Positions 52,666 to 64,000 of a stretch of DNA of 64,000 bases are shown in pieces. Source of the DNA: Spirogloea muscicola (taxonomy: Eukaryota); the NCBI GenBank assembly GCA_009602725.1, contig WELB01000013.1, positions 421,380 through 485,379 on the forward strand. The letters are read 5' to 3'. The notes beneath the pieces were generated by a model that saw only the letters and a program-made list of their open reading frames with translations, did not search any database and was not told the origin of the DNA. Made by a program: the position numbers and the translations under genes. Each line of letters starts with the position of its first letter. Within the stretch, counting starts at the first letter, position 1.

Positions 52666-55600
52666 ATGGTGGACGTGTCGTCATGGTCCGACTTCTGGAC
52701 CATGTTCACATTCAACCTGGGCCTGGCCGTCGCCATCTTCCTCCTTTTCTCTCTCATCCACCGCTTCGAGTTCTTCAAGCGGCTGCAGAGCTGCCGCGCC
52801 TACCTTGACGACACTGCCCCCAAGAAGCCCATGCAAGGGCCCTTCTCCTGGTTACTTCCCGTGTACAAGACCACCGAGGACCAGATCATAGATTCGTGCG
52901 GCCTTGACGCCGCCATATACGTGCGCATGTTTGTCTTCAGCATTCAAGTGCGCTCTCTCCCTTCTATGCAGCAACTCGCTCTGCTTGCTTCTCTGTCAAC
53001 ATGCTACGTCCTCCAATAGCAATGTCTTGCGCCTTGACATTCTGCAAGACCTGGACAGTCCCTGCATTTTACTGCTTCCGTGATGAGAAATGTTGGAGAC
53101 ACTGTTGTTGCCTGATGAACCCATGGATCGTATGCAAGACTAGTAGACAGGCCAGCTGATTCCAGGATTTGAGTGGTTGCAGCTCTTTTTGGTGTACAGC
53201 TGCTTCTGCTTGCCCATTTTGATTCCTATCAATGCCGTTGGAAGTAGCCTGCAACTCAACAATGGAACTGCCGTTGGGGACGGCGTTGACAACCTCTCAG
53301 CAGGCAACGTTGCACGTCACTCGGACATGCTTTGGGCACACTGGGCTGTCCTATACTTCATAACAGGCTTGACATTTTGGCTAATCTGGCGTCACTACAG
53401 CCACGTCTGGAACCAGCGGCACGAGTTCTTAGCTGAGCAGGCAACACACTTGCTGCCTGAGCACTTCTCACTCTTAGTTACTGATGTTCCAGAGCCTCCA
53501 CCTTTGAGACGAGATTCGATGGTACCAGTAGCATTGATCGGCAATAAGTATGTGCCTTACACTCTCAGCTCGCATGCACTGCCTTGTCACAGCTTGGAAG
53601 ATCCAAGTTAAGTTGCCCATGCGGCAACATCTTGCTACTGAGCATCAAATGTCGTATACGACACCTTTGCTTGCAAAGCCTATACAAGACGCTAAGAGGA
53701 CACTCATACAAATTGATACTTAGATATGTCTGGTGACTGTGGGGTGGGTTGTACCTGGAGCAACATAGTAAGTATTGACCAGTTGTCATGGGCTTGTATG
53801 CAGGACAGTGCGTATCGGGAAGCAAAGGCTGGCCAGTCTTTATCAAACAATTCGCGCTTTAACAATTGGACTCATACGCGAGCCGGATAAAGTTCGGCGA
53901 GCAGGCAGTGAGCTCATGATTGCCCGGCAGGTCGATCGATACTTTACTCGCTTGTACCCTGGTGTATATATCTCTCAGCAAGGAGTGACTCGGTTTGGCA
54001 AGGTACAGGCACTAACTGAACCCCCAAAGCTGGAGTAGTAGCTTGTCAACACTGGCTGTTGGTGGCAGTTGCTCAGGGATGCCTATTGCTCAGGGATGTC
54101 TTCCGCAAGCAATTTATATTGTAATTGCAATCTTTGGCGTGCTTGTTACATGCGCTTTCTGCATGCCTATTCAACTCCTTGGTCACGTAAATACCGTCTC
54201 TTCCTACTCAACGTTCCGCAGGGTTCATGGTCCACACCAAAAACTCCTGTTTCTGTCTCCTTTGTCTCCTGCAGGTGCAGAATGCTTACAAGAAGTGGAA
54301 GCAAGCAGTCACACAATTAGAGCGTGCCAGGTGGAAATGTCGGGAACTGAAGGAAAAAGAGGAGGATGAGGCCTCGAAAAATGGTCTAGTTGAGCCCGCA
54401 GTACAGCACAAGGTTGGATGCTGTGGTTGGTGGGGCAAGCGAGTAGACAGCATACCTTACTGGATTGAGCAGGTCAGGGAGCGGAGTAAGAAGCTCACAG
54501 AGGAGCAACAAGTGGGGAAGAAGAGCCGGTACATGGCTTGACGCACACAAGCCTGCATAGTGAGGTTGCTGAACAGGACAGCAAGGCAGCGTGCTTTTGT
54601 TGGTCGTAGCTGCGAGCGTTTTGCGTTGACATGGGGAGCTTGAACAGCTTGCAGAATGACCTGAATAGTCGTCTCGAGTTACCTCCAGAGCTGTTCTTGT
54701 GTCACGGTTGACGCGCCACTGCCGATCTTACTGCAGATTTGAGGAATTTGGCGCGGCACAGGCAAGCCAATACTAATAGAATATAGAAAACGCTTGCTGA
54801 TGTCTATTTTCCTTCTGATCTCCAGGATTGTTCGCTCGGCATTTGTCACCCTCAATAGCTGTCGGATGGCAAGTGCTGCTGCACAGTGTGTGCATGCGGA
54901 AAGAGGTGACAGCCTTGAGCATACATGTGACAGTGCCTGATTGAGTACTTTGTCCTCTAATCCGGGTGCTCTCAATTGTTTCAGAGTGATTCATACTGTA
55001 TATATGCGAGCAGACATCTAATCAGGCAGCTCATCGTTTTCACGTCAGCTGAAATAGTTCACTGGTCAGTGGATGTGCAATACTAGTAGGCGCTTATTAG
55101 AACAGCGAAGCTGTGTGCAGGGACTCAGTGGATAGTGCAGGCCGCCCCTGCTCCAAAGGACGTCTTTTGGGCCAACTTAGGGCTGACTACTTGGGAGAGA
55201 ACTGCCAGAAGGCATCTGATGTTTGTGGCACTTGTGGCTCTTATTGTATTCTTCTACATTCCCGTCACATTCATTGCTGGCCTCGCCTCAATCAAAAACC
55301 TTGAGAAGTACTTTCCTTTCACAAAAAGTTGGTTAAGAGAGTAAGTTGCCGAGATTTTGTCGGCTGATTACTACATCCAGTCATTGCAAATACTGCACGT
55401 CACAACTGCCTTGCAACCCTGTGGTGTTTCCATCAATCCATCCATCCATCCATCCATCAATCCATCAATCCATCAATCAATCCATCAATCCATCCATCAA
55501 TCCATGCATCCATTCATCAATCAATCCATCAATCCCAATCAATCCATCCATCAATCAATCCATCAATCCATCCATCCATCCATCAATCCATCAATTCTAT

Positions 55601-58065
55601 CAATGCCCTCTGCTAACTTCAAGTGGAACTTGCAGGTTGTGCATGTTGTGTTCTTGTTTTCCTTATGCACTTGTCTCAAAAGTATTCTCACCATCATGTG
55701 CAGGACTTGGCTCCATGGTTTTCTCACCTCTTTTGTTCCTGCTATCTGCCTCAAAATTTGCTTATGGATCGTACCAGTGGTGCTCCACATGATGTCCAAA
55801 TTTGAAGGCAATCATTCATACAGTTCCATTGTGCGGAGCACTGCCACGAAGCACTTCTGGCTGTTGCTCTTCAATGTGTTTCTTGGATATACTTTTGCGG
55901 GCACCCTGCTGTCACAACTACAGGTAGTGCAGCATTTGGAGAACTTGTTTCAGGGTTAGGCTGGTTGCACATGTCTAGAGCGCTCTTACAGCTGAGTGTC
56001 TAGCTGAGTGTTCAAGAGCACTTCCATGTGCGCAGGCTATCATTGACCATCCACAGGATGCGGTGAAAATTCTGGCGTCTTCCATCCCTCAGCAGTCCTC
56101 ATTCTTCATCACCTACACACTTATCAGCAGTCTCAGTTTTGGCATAGAGCTTCTCCGCATGCCGATTCCGATCATTGGGTATCTCATCAAGCTATCCCGA
56201 TTCGGAAGAAAGATTGGCGATCGAGAGAAGCTCTGGAGTCAGGTGATATTACCTGCGCTTGGGTGTGACAATCTGTCAATTATATAGATGTTGGTCATTT
56301 TCCCCTGGTCATTGCATATTGCAGATGCTCCATTTGCATCGTACATCAAGCAGGCCTCAAATTGGCCGCATTTGAACTTGCACGTAGACTGAGTGTGTTG
56401 TCTAGGCTGTCTGAAAGCATGAACACTAACAGTTTTTGGCCTTTTGGTCATGTTCTGTCCAGGGTGGTATAAATTTTCTCTTTTTCATGCCTTATCAGAA
56501 CCTAATCATCACATTTGGTGTGGTTTTTGCGGTGATTGCACCGTTTATACTCCCATTTACTCTTCTGTATTCCTGCATAGGTTACATGGTGTGGAAACAT
56601 CAGGTGTGCAAACTTCGCGAATAATACCACACTTTTATGCTCTTGACGACCTCTTTTTATAAGCCTTCGGCCTTCCTTGCTACTGCCAATTTTGTGAATA
56701 GCAAAGGCGACCATCATCTACCATGGACAGTGCACTGTCTTCCACATTGGCTTAATTGAGTTGCTCAGATTATCTGCTGGACCACACGTACAGCAAAGCA
56801 GTCTTTGATGCACCCCGCTCCTTTCACTCCCATGAAAATGTGCGCCTCATTTACGTGGTTGTTATGTGCTGTACTAGGTGTTGTATGTATATGTCTATCC
56901 GTACCAGTCAGGAGGGCTTCTCTGGCCTCTCTTCATCGACCACGTTTTTGTTGCTCTTGTCATTGGTCAGCTGACTGTGATCGGCGAGTTTGGACTCAAG
57001 GCTGCTTACTATCAGGCAGCCTACATGATACCTTTGCCCATCATCACCCTGTACTTTGCCTACATTGTCAATCAACGATTCCGAAGGACATTTGGGTAGG
57101 ACTCTACTTTCTTGATGTGACTGCCTGATAGACGGCCATGCATTGATATAACCACCTCACTGTTGCTTTGTTGCTCTATGGAAGCAGTGAGATTGCTTGG
57201 CTCAGCCTTTTGGGTTGCGTGCGTGGCTACCAGTGTTCTTCTGTGTACTAAGCCAGGCTGCTTTGAATGCAGGGTCTTGCCACTGGATCTTGCGGCTAAC
57301 ATTGACGACACCAACGAGGCCCTGGGCCTGCGGCCCTCAGAGTACTCATTTGCTGATAAATACGTGCCTGACTGCATGGAGGAGTTCAAGAACCCCTCCT
57401 TGGAAGAAGCACATGTCGTCGGCGAGGAAGACGCTCTCACTGCCATTGCGTCAGGCACGACTCCCAAGGACAACAGCCTCTCTGTGGTGGAGTCTCCACC
57501 TGGCTTTCCCATCTCCAACCCTATCACTTATTCCTCCGAAGACCCTCCCCCTGACATCAACCGAACTCTCAGAGACTCGGCCTCCAGAGCACCAGAGGCT
57601 CGGCAGCCCTTGCAAGGCAGCTTGCATGAAGAAGGTACAGTCAACAAAGAGGCTGGCAAAGCAGGATGCACGAAAGCGTTCCTCAGCAGAAACAGCAGCC
57701 AGGCAGGCTCGCAGGATGATGATGCCTGGTCCAGCCGTATAATGGCGAGCCCGTCAGAAGATGCCCCGCCACAGTGGTCAGGGGGAGGCCACGGCGCCGC
57801 AGGTGGCACCTGCGGCGTCCTGGAGCGCCGTCACTCCGATGGCGGTCAGGATGTATTTGCGCCACAGCAGGACAGCCAGCTGCCATCGCACCTCTCCCTC
57901 CCGGGCCTGAGAAGGACCAGCAAGGTAGACCCCACGAAAGATTCCGGGCACTTGCCAAGTCAACCATGCCCACCTGCTGAAAGCACTCTAGTCCCTTCAA
58001 TAGTTGACACCAGGGGCACACAACAAAGGAGTCCCGGTTCTTGTAAGTCATCTTCGTTGCTTTAG
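52666..58065 (+). CDS. CSC1/OSCA (ERD4-like) calcium-permeable osmo/mechanosensitive channel
   Basis: [101 protein letters not shown]. Confidence 0.95.
55428..55595 (+). repeat. Intronic (CCAT/CAAT)n microsatellite
   Basis: Direct inspection. Confidence 0.95.
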
Positions 58066-58619
58066 TGCATTGCTGCTTATTGTTAGCAGTAGGTCTATAC
58101 TAATTGGGTATACTTCACCTAGGTAGAGCTCCTTCTGCTGCCGTTATGTCTTCCTCGTTAGGACCTTGCTACATCATCTCCGTCGGAGAACTACTGTTGG
58201 GAATTGTCTACATGTCATGCACCTCTTACTATTACCATTGAATTTCAGGATCTCCATGCCATTATGGCTTTCACTATCGCACAGCCAGGCAGAATGTCGT
58301 CAGATGTCTGGGTTGTACATGTCACAAGAGTGGGCACACGCTCCACTTGCAGTGGGGCAGCACAAGGTCCCAGCTCAACTTGGGAAATCAGGACAGTCCA
58401 GGTTGTTGGCTGCCCGCCAGTAACCTGGATCCAAGGCCCCCTAGGCATGCAACCTATGTCTGAGACAACCTAGTCTGTAATGAGAAGTTTGGGGCGAAGA
58501 AAGTGAATGGTGAAGTGATGGCAAAAATATAAACAGTGGCAGGGGTGTGGGGCGGCTCCAAAGAGCAAGCACTCGAAGCACCTGCTTGACCAATGCCCGG
58601 TCAAATTGTAGTGGGCCTG

Positions 58620-59760
58620 CTACCGGCGGCCCGGGTCATCATCGTCGGCTGTGGCGGCAATGATGTTCTTGTCCTGCGGCAGTGGTCGGTTGTCGTATTC
58701 AGCTGGCACCTGCTTGCGCTGGGGTGCGCGCACATTGTGTTGTGCGCGTCGCCCATCGTTCATGTTGGCAAGCTTCACCTCGCGGATTTCCAGGTCTGAG
58801 AAATGCACATAAGCATTGTCGGGCCGCCGGTAGGCTGCTGTGGCTGGTCGCAGCTTCAGCATGATGTCCGCAACGCCGCGCACGCTAACCACGTAGATGT
58901 CGAATGACTCGTCGCCGACTGTGTAGTTACTCGACAGCTCGATGCTCACGGCGGCGTCCAGCGTTTTCAGCCTGCCATATGTGCACACAGCGATCAGGCT
59001 GGCCTGGCAAGAGCTGACAAACCATTGTAACGAGCATTGCCCTCTGGCTGCTCAGAATGCGGGCAATGCTAGGCTTGCCGCGCGAAACGATGGACCTAAC
59101 TGGCACACTGCAGCATTCATTGCGGGGGTCAGAAGGGGCGACGGCAGATCCGCTGAGAGCAGTGCTGGCAGTGCTCAGCGCCGGGCCTTGCTGTCCGATA
59201 AGCCTGAGTGCCGAGGAATGCGCACGCACCGACGCCGACATGGGCTCCGTCTTCCGTGTAACGACCGCAAGGACCCATAGGCGAGTCGACGACAGCCTTG
59301 CTGTGGGCAGGCGAGCGAGCTCCTCGCGCGGTCCTCACCTCTTGCCGTACTTGAGGGAGACGGGCTCGCCGTCGACGAGCATGTCGCCCATGAAGCCCGC
59401 ATTGCCGCGCTCGGCGGAGGCGCCGCGGCGGGCGGCGAGCACGAGCCGGTGGCGGCCGGCGGCGAAGGTGAGCGTGGACACCCAGGAGCGCGCGGCGGCC
59501 TTGCCCTCCCACAGCGCCTCCTCGTAGCCGTTGGTGGCCGCGCCGATGCGCAGGCGGGCGTCGGAGAGGAGGACGTAGTCCAGCCCGGCGCCGGCGGTGA
59601 CGTCAAAGTGAGTGGCGCCGCCGTCAGAGGCCTCCACCAGCACCTGGTTGCCCTCCCGGTTGGGCCACAGCAGCCGCTGCCACTGCGACGCCGCCGCCGC
59701 CTGCGCCGCCTCCGTCGAGGCGCCGCCGCCGCCGCCGCCNGCGGTGGCGGCGGCGGCGGC
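58620..59760 (-). CDS. Root-cap/LEA-related (VWD-like) putative secreted protein; two exons; the start is obscured by the N gap at 59740
   Basis: HFDVTAGAGLDYVLLSDARLRI..SWVSTLTF..GRHRLVLAA..MLVDG and AYVHFSDL resemble plant root-cap family proteins. Intron about 59338-58972. Confidence 0.55.
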
Positions 59761-59940
59761 GGCGTCCTTCGAGCCGACAACAGCCCCTAGCCTAAAGTTG
59801 GCAATACTAACGCTGCCGTCCTGTCGTCCTGTGGCCCGCCGTCATGGCCCGCCGTCAAGTCCAGCAGCCCAGCTTCACTGCCCCGTCGGGTCGCTCGCTC
59901 AGGTGCCCACAATGTGCCTCGCCATCTCTCCTCTTTCTTG

Positions 59941-60309
59941 TCCGTTCCTGTGGGGCTGGCCTCTCCCGGCCACCAGTTAATCTGGCCGCGCTTGCTTCTT
60001 TCGAGTGAATACCTCACAGCCCCTTGCTTCTTTCGGAAGAAGCAAGCGCGGCCAGATTAACTGGTGGCCGGGAGAGGCCAGCCCCACAGGAACGGAGCGC
60101 TTGCTTCTTTCGAGTGAATACCTCACAGCCCCTTGCTTCTTTCGGAAGAAGCAAGCGCGGCCAGATTAACTGGTGGCCGGGAGAGGCCAGCCCCACAGGA
60201 ACGGAGCGCTTGCTTCTTTCGAGTGAATACCTCACAGCCCCTTGCTTCTTTCGGAAGAAGCAAGCGCGGCCAGATTAACTGGTGGCCGGGAGAGGCCAGC
60301 CCCACAGGA
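59941..60309. repeat. 60-bp perfect inverted repeat plus three tandem 109-bp units built from family B retroelement 3' ends
   Basis: 59941-60000 is the reverse complement of 60037-60096; tcgagtgaatacc recurs at 60001, 60110 and 60219. Confidence 0.95.
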
Positions 60310-60339
60310 TGAACAAGGTTTCCGAAAGCTGTCCGTTGT

Positions 60340-61345
60340 TTTGCGGGGCTGCTCTTCCTCCCCTCAGCTCATCTGACGTCCTGTTGCTGTTTCGGGGGTT
60401 CTAAGAGCGCCCTGTCTGCCTAGCCTGTGGCTCCGCTTACCAGTTTTGAAAACCCTCTGCATAAACCTGGCTGGCCTGTACAGCCGCTAAGTCAAAACCA
60501 GTAGTCGCATTCTTCGTCTTATCTGGGCTAGCCAATCACAGCCATCGCCCTCCACAAGGAAGAGTCCTCCTCTCTGCAGCATTTCTTTGCGTTTGCCGTG
60601 CGCTTTGCGTGCAGGCCACGCGTTGCCTCCGGGCCTCGACAGAGCGACGCTTCTCGCCTTCTATTTACAGAATCTGCACTTGTTGATATCCAATAACATA
60701 TTGTACATTCTTGAGAATCTCTGGTCTTCGCATGACCATTGAGTGTCCCTTCCCAGAAGTCACAGAGAGTAATTTCATGGTTCGCGCCTTCCGGTACCAT
60801 TGACCTTGTCCGTTCCTTTTGGGCTGGCCTCTCACAGCCATCAGCCGTCTTTGGGAGTGCTGTTTCACTTCTTCGTCCTTTGCTTTGGGCTTCGGGCTTT
60901 CAAGGCCATCACCTTTGGTGCTGACAGAGCTCCGCCAACCTCCCCCAAACCTCTGCTTGCTGACCTGTAGTTCATGAGCGGGTCCGCTTAGCAGCAGGTG
61001 ATGTACTACTATCCGTAGATGTTCTTGCCTTGGTACTTGGCCACTCAGGCCCTCCATCACTCAATACACGCTTTCCACCAGACCACACGCTTCCCTTGCC
61101 TAGCTGGCCCCGTAGCCGACACGGAGGAAGGGGAAGTCCACCACAATTCAATCTCAAGTGACGGCCACGCGCAACTCAGCACTCCGCTGCTTTTCCACGT
61201 TGAGGAGAAGAAGCTCTCCTAAGGGAGACGATGGCTCAGCCACAACGTTATAGAAATTGCAATTGACCTTTCCTTCAGAAAGAAACTGCTCGCCCATAGA
61301 AAAAGAGGGCCTAAAAAAGCCAGCCCAGAAAAGAATGGACAATAA
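60340..61345. mobile_element. Divergent CRE-like 3' ends of several families
   Basis: GAALPPLSSSDVLLLFRGF* followed by ggctggcctgtacagcc; gggctggcctctcacagcc at 60821; family D UTR 60976-61058; family I end 61277-61345 on the minus strand. Confidence 0.72.
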
Positions 61346-62350
61346 ATTAAGGCCTCAAAACGGTGCCGAAAAGGAAAAACTACACAACTGGACACGAAAT
61401 GATGCAGATGAAAGCACAGTATCCACGGGTGAGCAACAGCAGGTCAGATTAACTCGAAGCTGGGAAAGAGGTACTCCGCCGAGACTCTGAGGCAGCAGCC
61501 ATAGCGCGGCCGACGCAAGTGTGGACTACGTGAGCCAGAGAGCGCTGGAACGAGACCTCCTACCCTGCTCAAGCGCCAGACAGTTGGGCACAGGCTAGGC
61601 TTGTGGAGGCAGTAGACAATGAGCGAAGCAGGACGTTGAGAAAGATGTTCACGATTCGGAGCAACCCGAGGAGTTTGAGCAAGACTGGCCTCCGTAGCCA
61701 CTCAAGGAGCTGGTGACTCTGTCTGCCATCTTTGTTGCATGTCAATAGCTGCAGCAGCCCAAGCGGCGATGTGAGCGCATCATAGCTACGCCTGCACGGT
61801 TTTGCACAGCCAGATAGTGGGCGCACTGGAGCGAGTCTGGGCCCAAGAGCCAGCTTGGGCTTCCAATCACAGAGAGAGCGGCCGTGCACGCTTGTCGTGT
61901 GCACACTGCAAGCCCGATCCTGTGGCGTTCTTGGCCCAAACGAGAAGTTGGTTGTGACTGCGTGGGGCCACGACTGGTCACTGTCGCCACTGGCCTTAAG
62001 GCGGGGGCCTGCCGGTTGCGAATCAGCACCTTCTTTGCATTGGCCGGCAAGGTGTGCTCGCATGATGCAGAAAATGTGGGCTCCCTCCGTACCACCAGGC
62101 GAGCCCTTGATGTGCGCCTGTAGTACAGATGTGCGGCAGTGTTCCAGCGCTAACAACCGCCCAGATCTTCGATTACCGCCAGCCTTCCATGATCACTCGA
62201 CAAACGGCGACCGGCATTGCGCTCGGCAACCACAATGGAGGCTCACCGTCTGGACGTGCGCACTGTGCTCCCGTGGGAGGTGCAGCCTGTTCGTCGCCCA
62301 GGCTCCCGAGGAGGCCCTGGCCCCGCAGCGCCTCCAAGGCCAGCACCGGC

Positions 62351-62571
62351 GCTAACGGCGCTAGCTGACGGCGGTACGTCGCTAACGGCGGCGGCGGAAG
62401 GAATTGCCCACGTGGGTGGCCGCAGGGGGCGCGCTTGCCGTGCGATGATCAGGGGATCTGACGACAACTAGTCGTGGTGATCCGGGCGTGCGCCCGTGCG
62501 ACCAATGAGAGGGCCGTGCGGACTGCCGCGGCCCGGACGGCAGGGCCGTTTACGAGCCCCGCCGTTTCAAA
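62351..62571. promoter_or_regulatory. Putative cell-cycle promoter motifs of H1: four AACGG cores, CCAAT, TTTGAA, G-box
   Basis: gctaacggc at 62351 and 62381; ccgtt at 62546 and 62562; ccaat at 62502; tttcaaa at 62565; cacgtg at 62409. Confidence 0.4.
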
Positions 62572-62611
62572 CTGCCCGCTGCCCCTCAGCCTGCAGTCCG
62601 CCTCCGCCGCC

Positions 62612-63326
62612 ATGGCGCCGGCCAAGCCCGCGGCGGCGGCGGCGGCGGCGGCGGCGGCGNGCGGCGCACCCGCCGTACGCGGCGATGGTGGCGGAGGCTC
62701 TGGCGGCGCTGCGGGAGCGCGGGGGTTCCAGCCCGGCGGCGATCGCCAAGTACCTGGGCGCGGCGTACGCGGGCCGGCTGCCCGCCGCCTTCTTGCGCGT
62801 CCTGGGCGCCCAGCTCAAGCACCTGGCCGCCGCCGGAAAGCTCGTCAAGGTCAAGGCGTCCTATAAGCTCCCCGCCGCCCGCAAGCCCGCGCTGGCGGCG
62901 GCAGGGACGTCGCCGGCGGCGGCGGCGGCCAAGCCGGCCAAGAAGGCCGCCGCCGCTGTGAGAGCCAAGAAGGCTGGCACGCCTAAGCCCAAGAAGACGA
63001 GGGCCGCTGCGTCGACCAAGACGACGCGAGACACCGTCGCTGCCGTCGCTGCCGCTTCCACTGCCGCAGCAACTAAGCCTCCGGCCCCCGCCACGACTGC
63101 AGCGGCTGCTGCGCCGGCTGCCAAGCGACCGGTAGGCCGCCCACGGAAGGTCGCCCCGCCGTCCTTGCCGTCGGCAGAGCCCGTTACAGAGGGCGTGGCC
63201 CCTGCTGGCCCTGCCAAGACGAAGAAGGCAGCGACGGCGCCCAAGAAGCGGAAGGCGCCAGCTGTGAAGAAGGCGAAGCCCGCCAAGAAGGCGGCGAAGG
63301 CTGCACCACCAGCGCCCACTGCATGA
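62612..63326 (+). CDS. H1: Linker histone H1 (no intron visible; N at 62660) with one AT-hook-like motif
   Basis: HPPYAAMVAEALAALRERGGSSPAAIAKYL...LAAAGKLVKVKASYKL globular domain, Lys/Ala/Pro-rich tail, KRPVGRPRK. Confidence 0.95.
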
Positions 63327-64000
63327 CGGAATCAACGGGCTTAGGCAAGACGGACCACTGCCGTAGTGCACCCCACCACCATGGCTGCCCAACAGTGCAA
63401 TGCTGGTGCAGTGCAACATGCAGGTGTGTCTTGCCATGGTGCGCCTGAAGACAACCCAGAGAGCAGCTTGTCCTGATCAGCTTAAGGACAACTCTGGGCT
63501 TCCGGGTGCTGCCATCAGCAGCTGTGTCAGTTGACTAACCAGTTGACTAACAAGGCTTCAGTGGCCCTACGTAAAGTGCTGCTCACCGGCTGGCAAATGC
63601 ACGGATTGGCTTGCCAGCCCCTGAACTTCCTGACGTGGTGACGGTGCAGAAAGTGCTAGGCCAGCCCTCCACCTACTTATTGTACTATTTCAGTAGCTAG
63701 TTCATTGCCCTCACATGCGTGCTCATTGCCGCGGCAAAAAGTGGTCGCTCAGCTCGCCGTTGTTATTATGTAGGTTGCTGCGACCTCTGCATTGGAGCTA
63801 GCTCAGCTCTGCATGTGGTGGCCCTTTATTACCAGCTAGCCCACTGCCTTGACATGTAGTGCAGCCAACAATGCTGCGTCAAGAAGGCCTTATTTATGCT
63901 TATTTGTATATCAATAAAGTTATAGCCTCTTGTAGCATGAGGCAGGAGCACAACGTGCTGTTGCTTTTCTTGTTGCAGCTTCACGATGTCAACTTTGAAG

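Noticed and set aside
55346..55700. SIHP/SINP repetitive protein
   Set aside because: Translation of an intronic (CCAT/CAAT)n microsatellite.
59988..60309. CRISPR-like array
   Set aside because: The units are identical with no unique spacers, no cas genes are present and the context is eukaryotic. The repeat derives from retroelement ends.
61400..62340. ORFs 61569-62156(-) and 61855-62355(+)
   Set aside because: No recognisable domain or convincing exon structure; left unassigned.

Overview
Gene-dense, GC-rich, intron-containing eukaryotic DNA of plant type. An intron-split EIN3 and compact genes suggest a streptophyte green alga (inference). About 16 protein-coding genes are recognisable: EIN3, CFIm68/59-like RRM, FPGS, steroleosin-type SDR, HAD phosphatase, BTB protein, TMEM186-like, monoacylglycerol lipase-like, GT4 glycosyltransferase, SEC23, UBE3D-like, TPR protein, BolA, CSC1/OSCA, root-cap/LEA-like and histone H1. 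The most striking signal is non-genic. Seven of the nine regions upstream of gene starts are packed with 5'-truncated pieces of several related CRE-clade-like non-LTR retrotransposon families (restriction-like endonuclease type). None of the six convergent intergenic gaps contain them, and I saw them in only one intron. The families end in a conserved, covarying 3' hairpin plus a (CTT)n-type tail instead of poly(A). They insert into one another, often in or beside the hairpin, with visible target-site duplications, and pieces of only 20-110 nt tile some promoters. Family letters (A, B, C...) are my own working labels. Exon boundaries and identities were read by eye with no database search. Single N characters mark assembly gaps, mostly in GCC-rich 5' exons.
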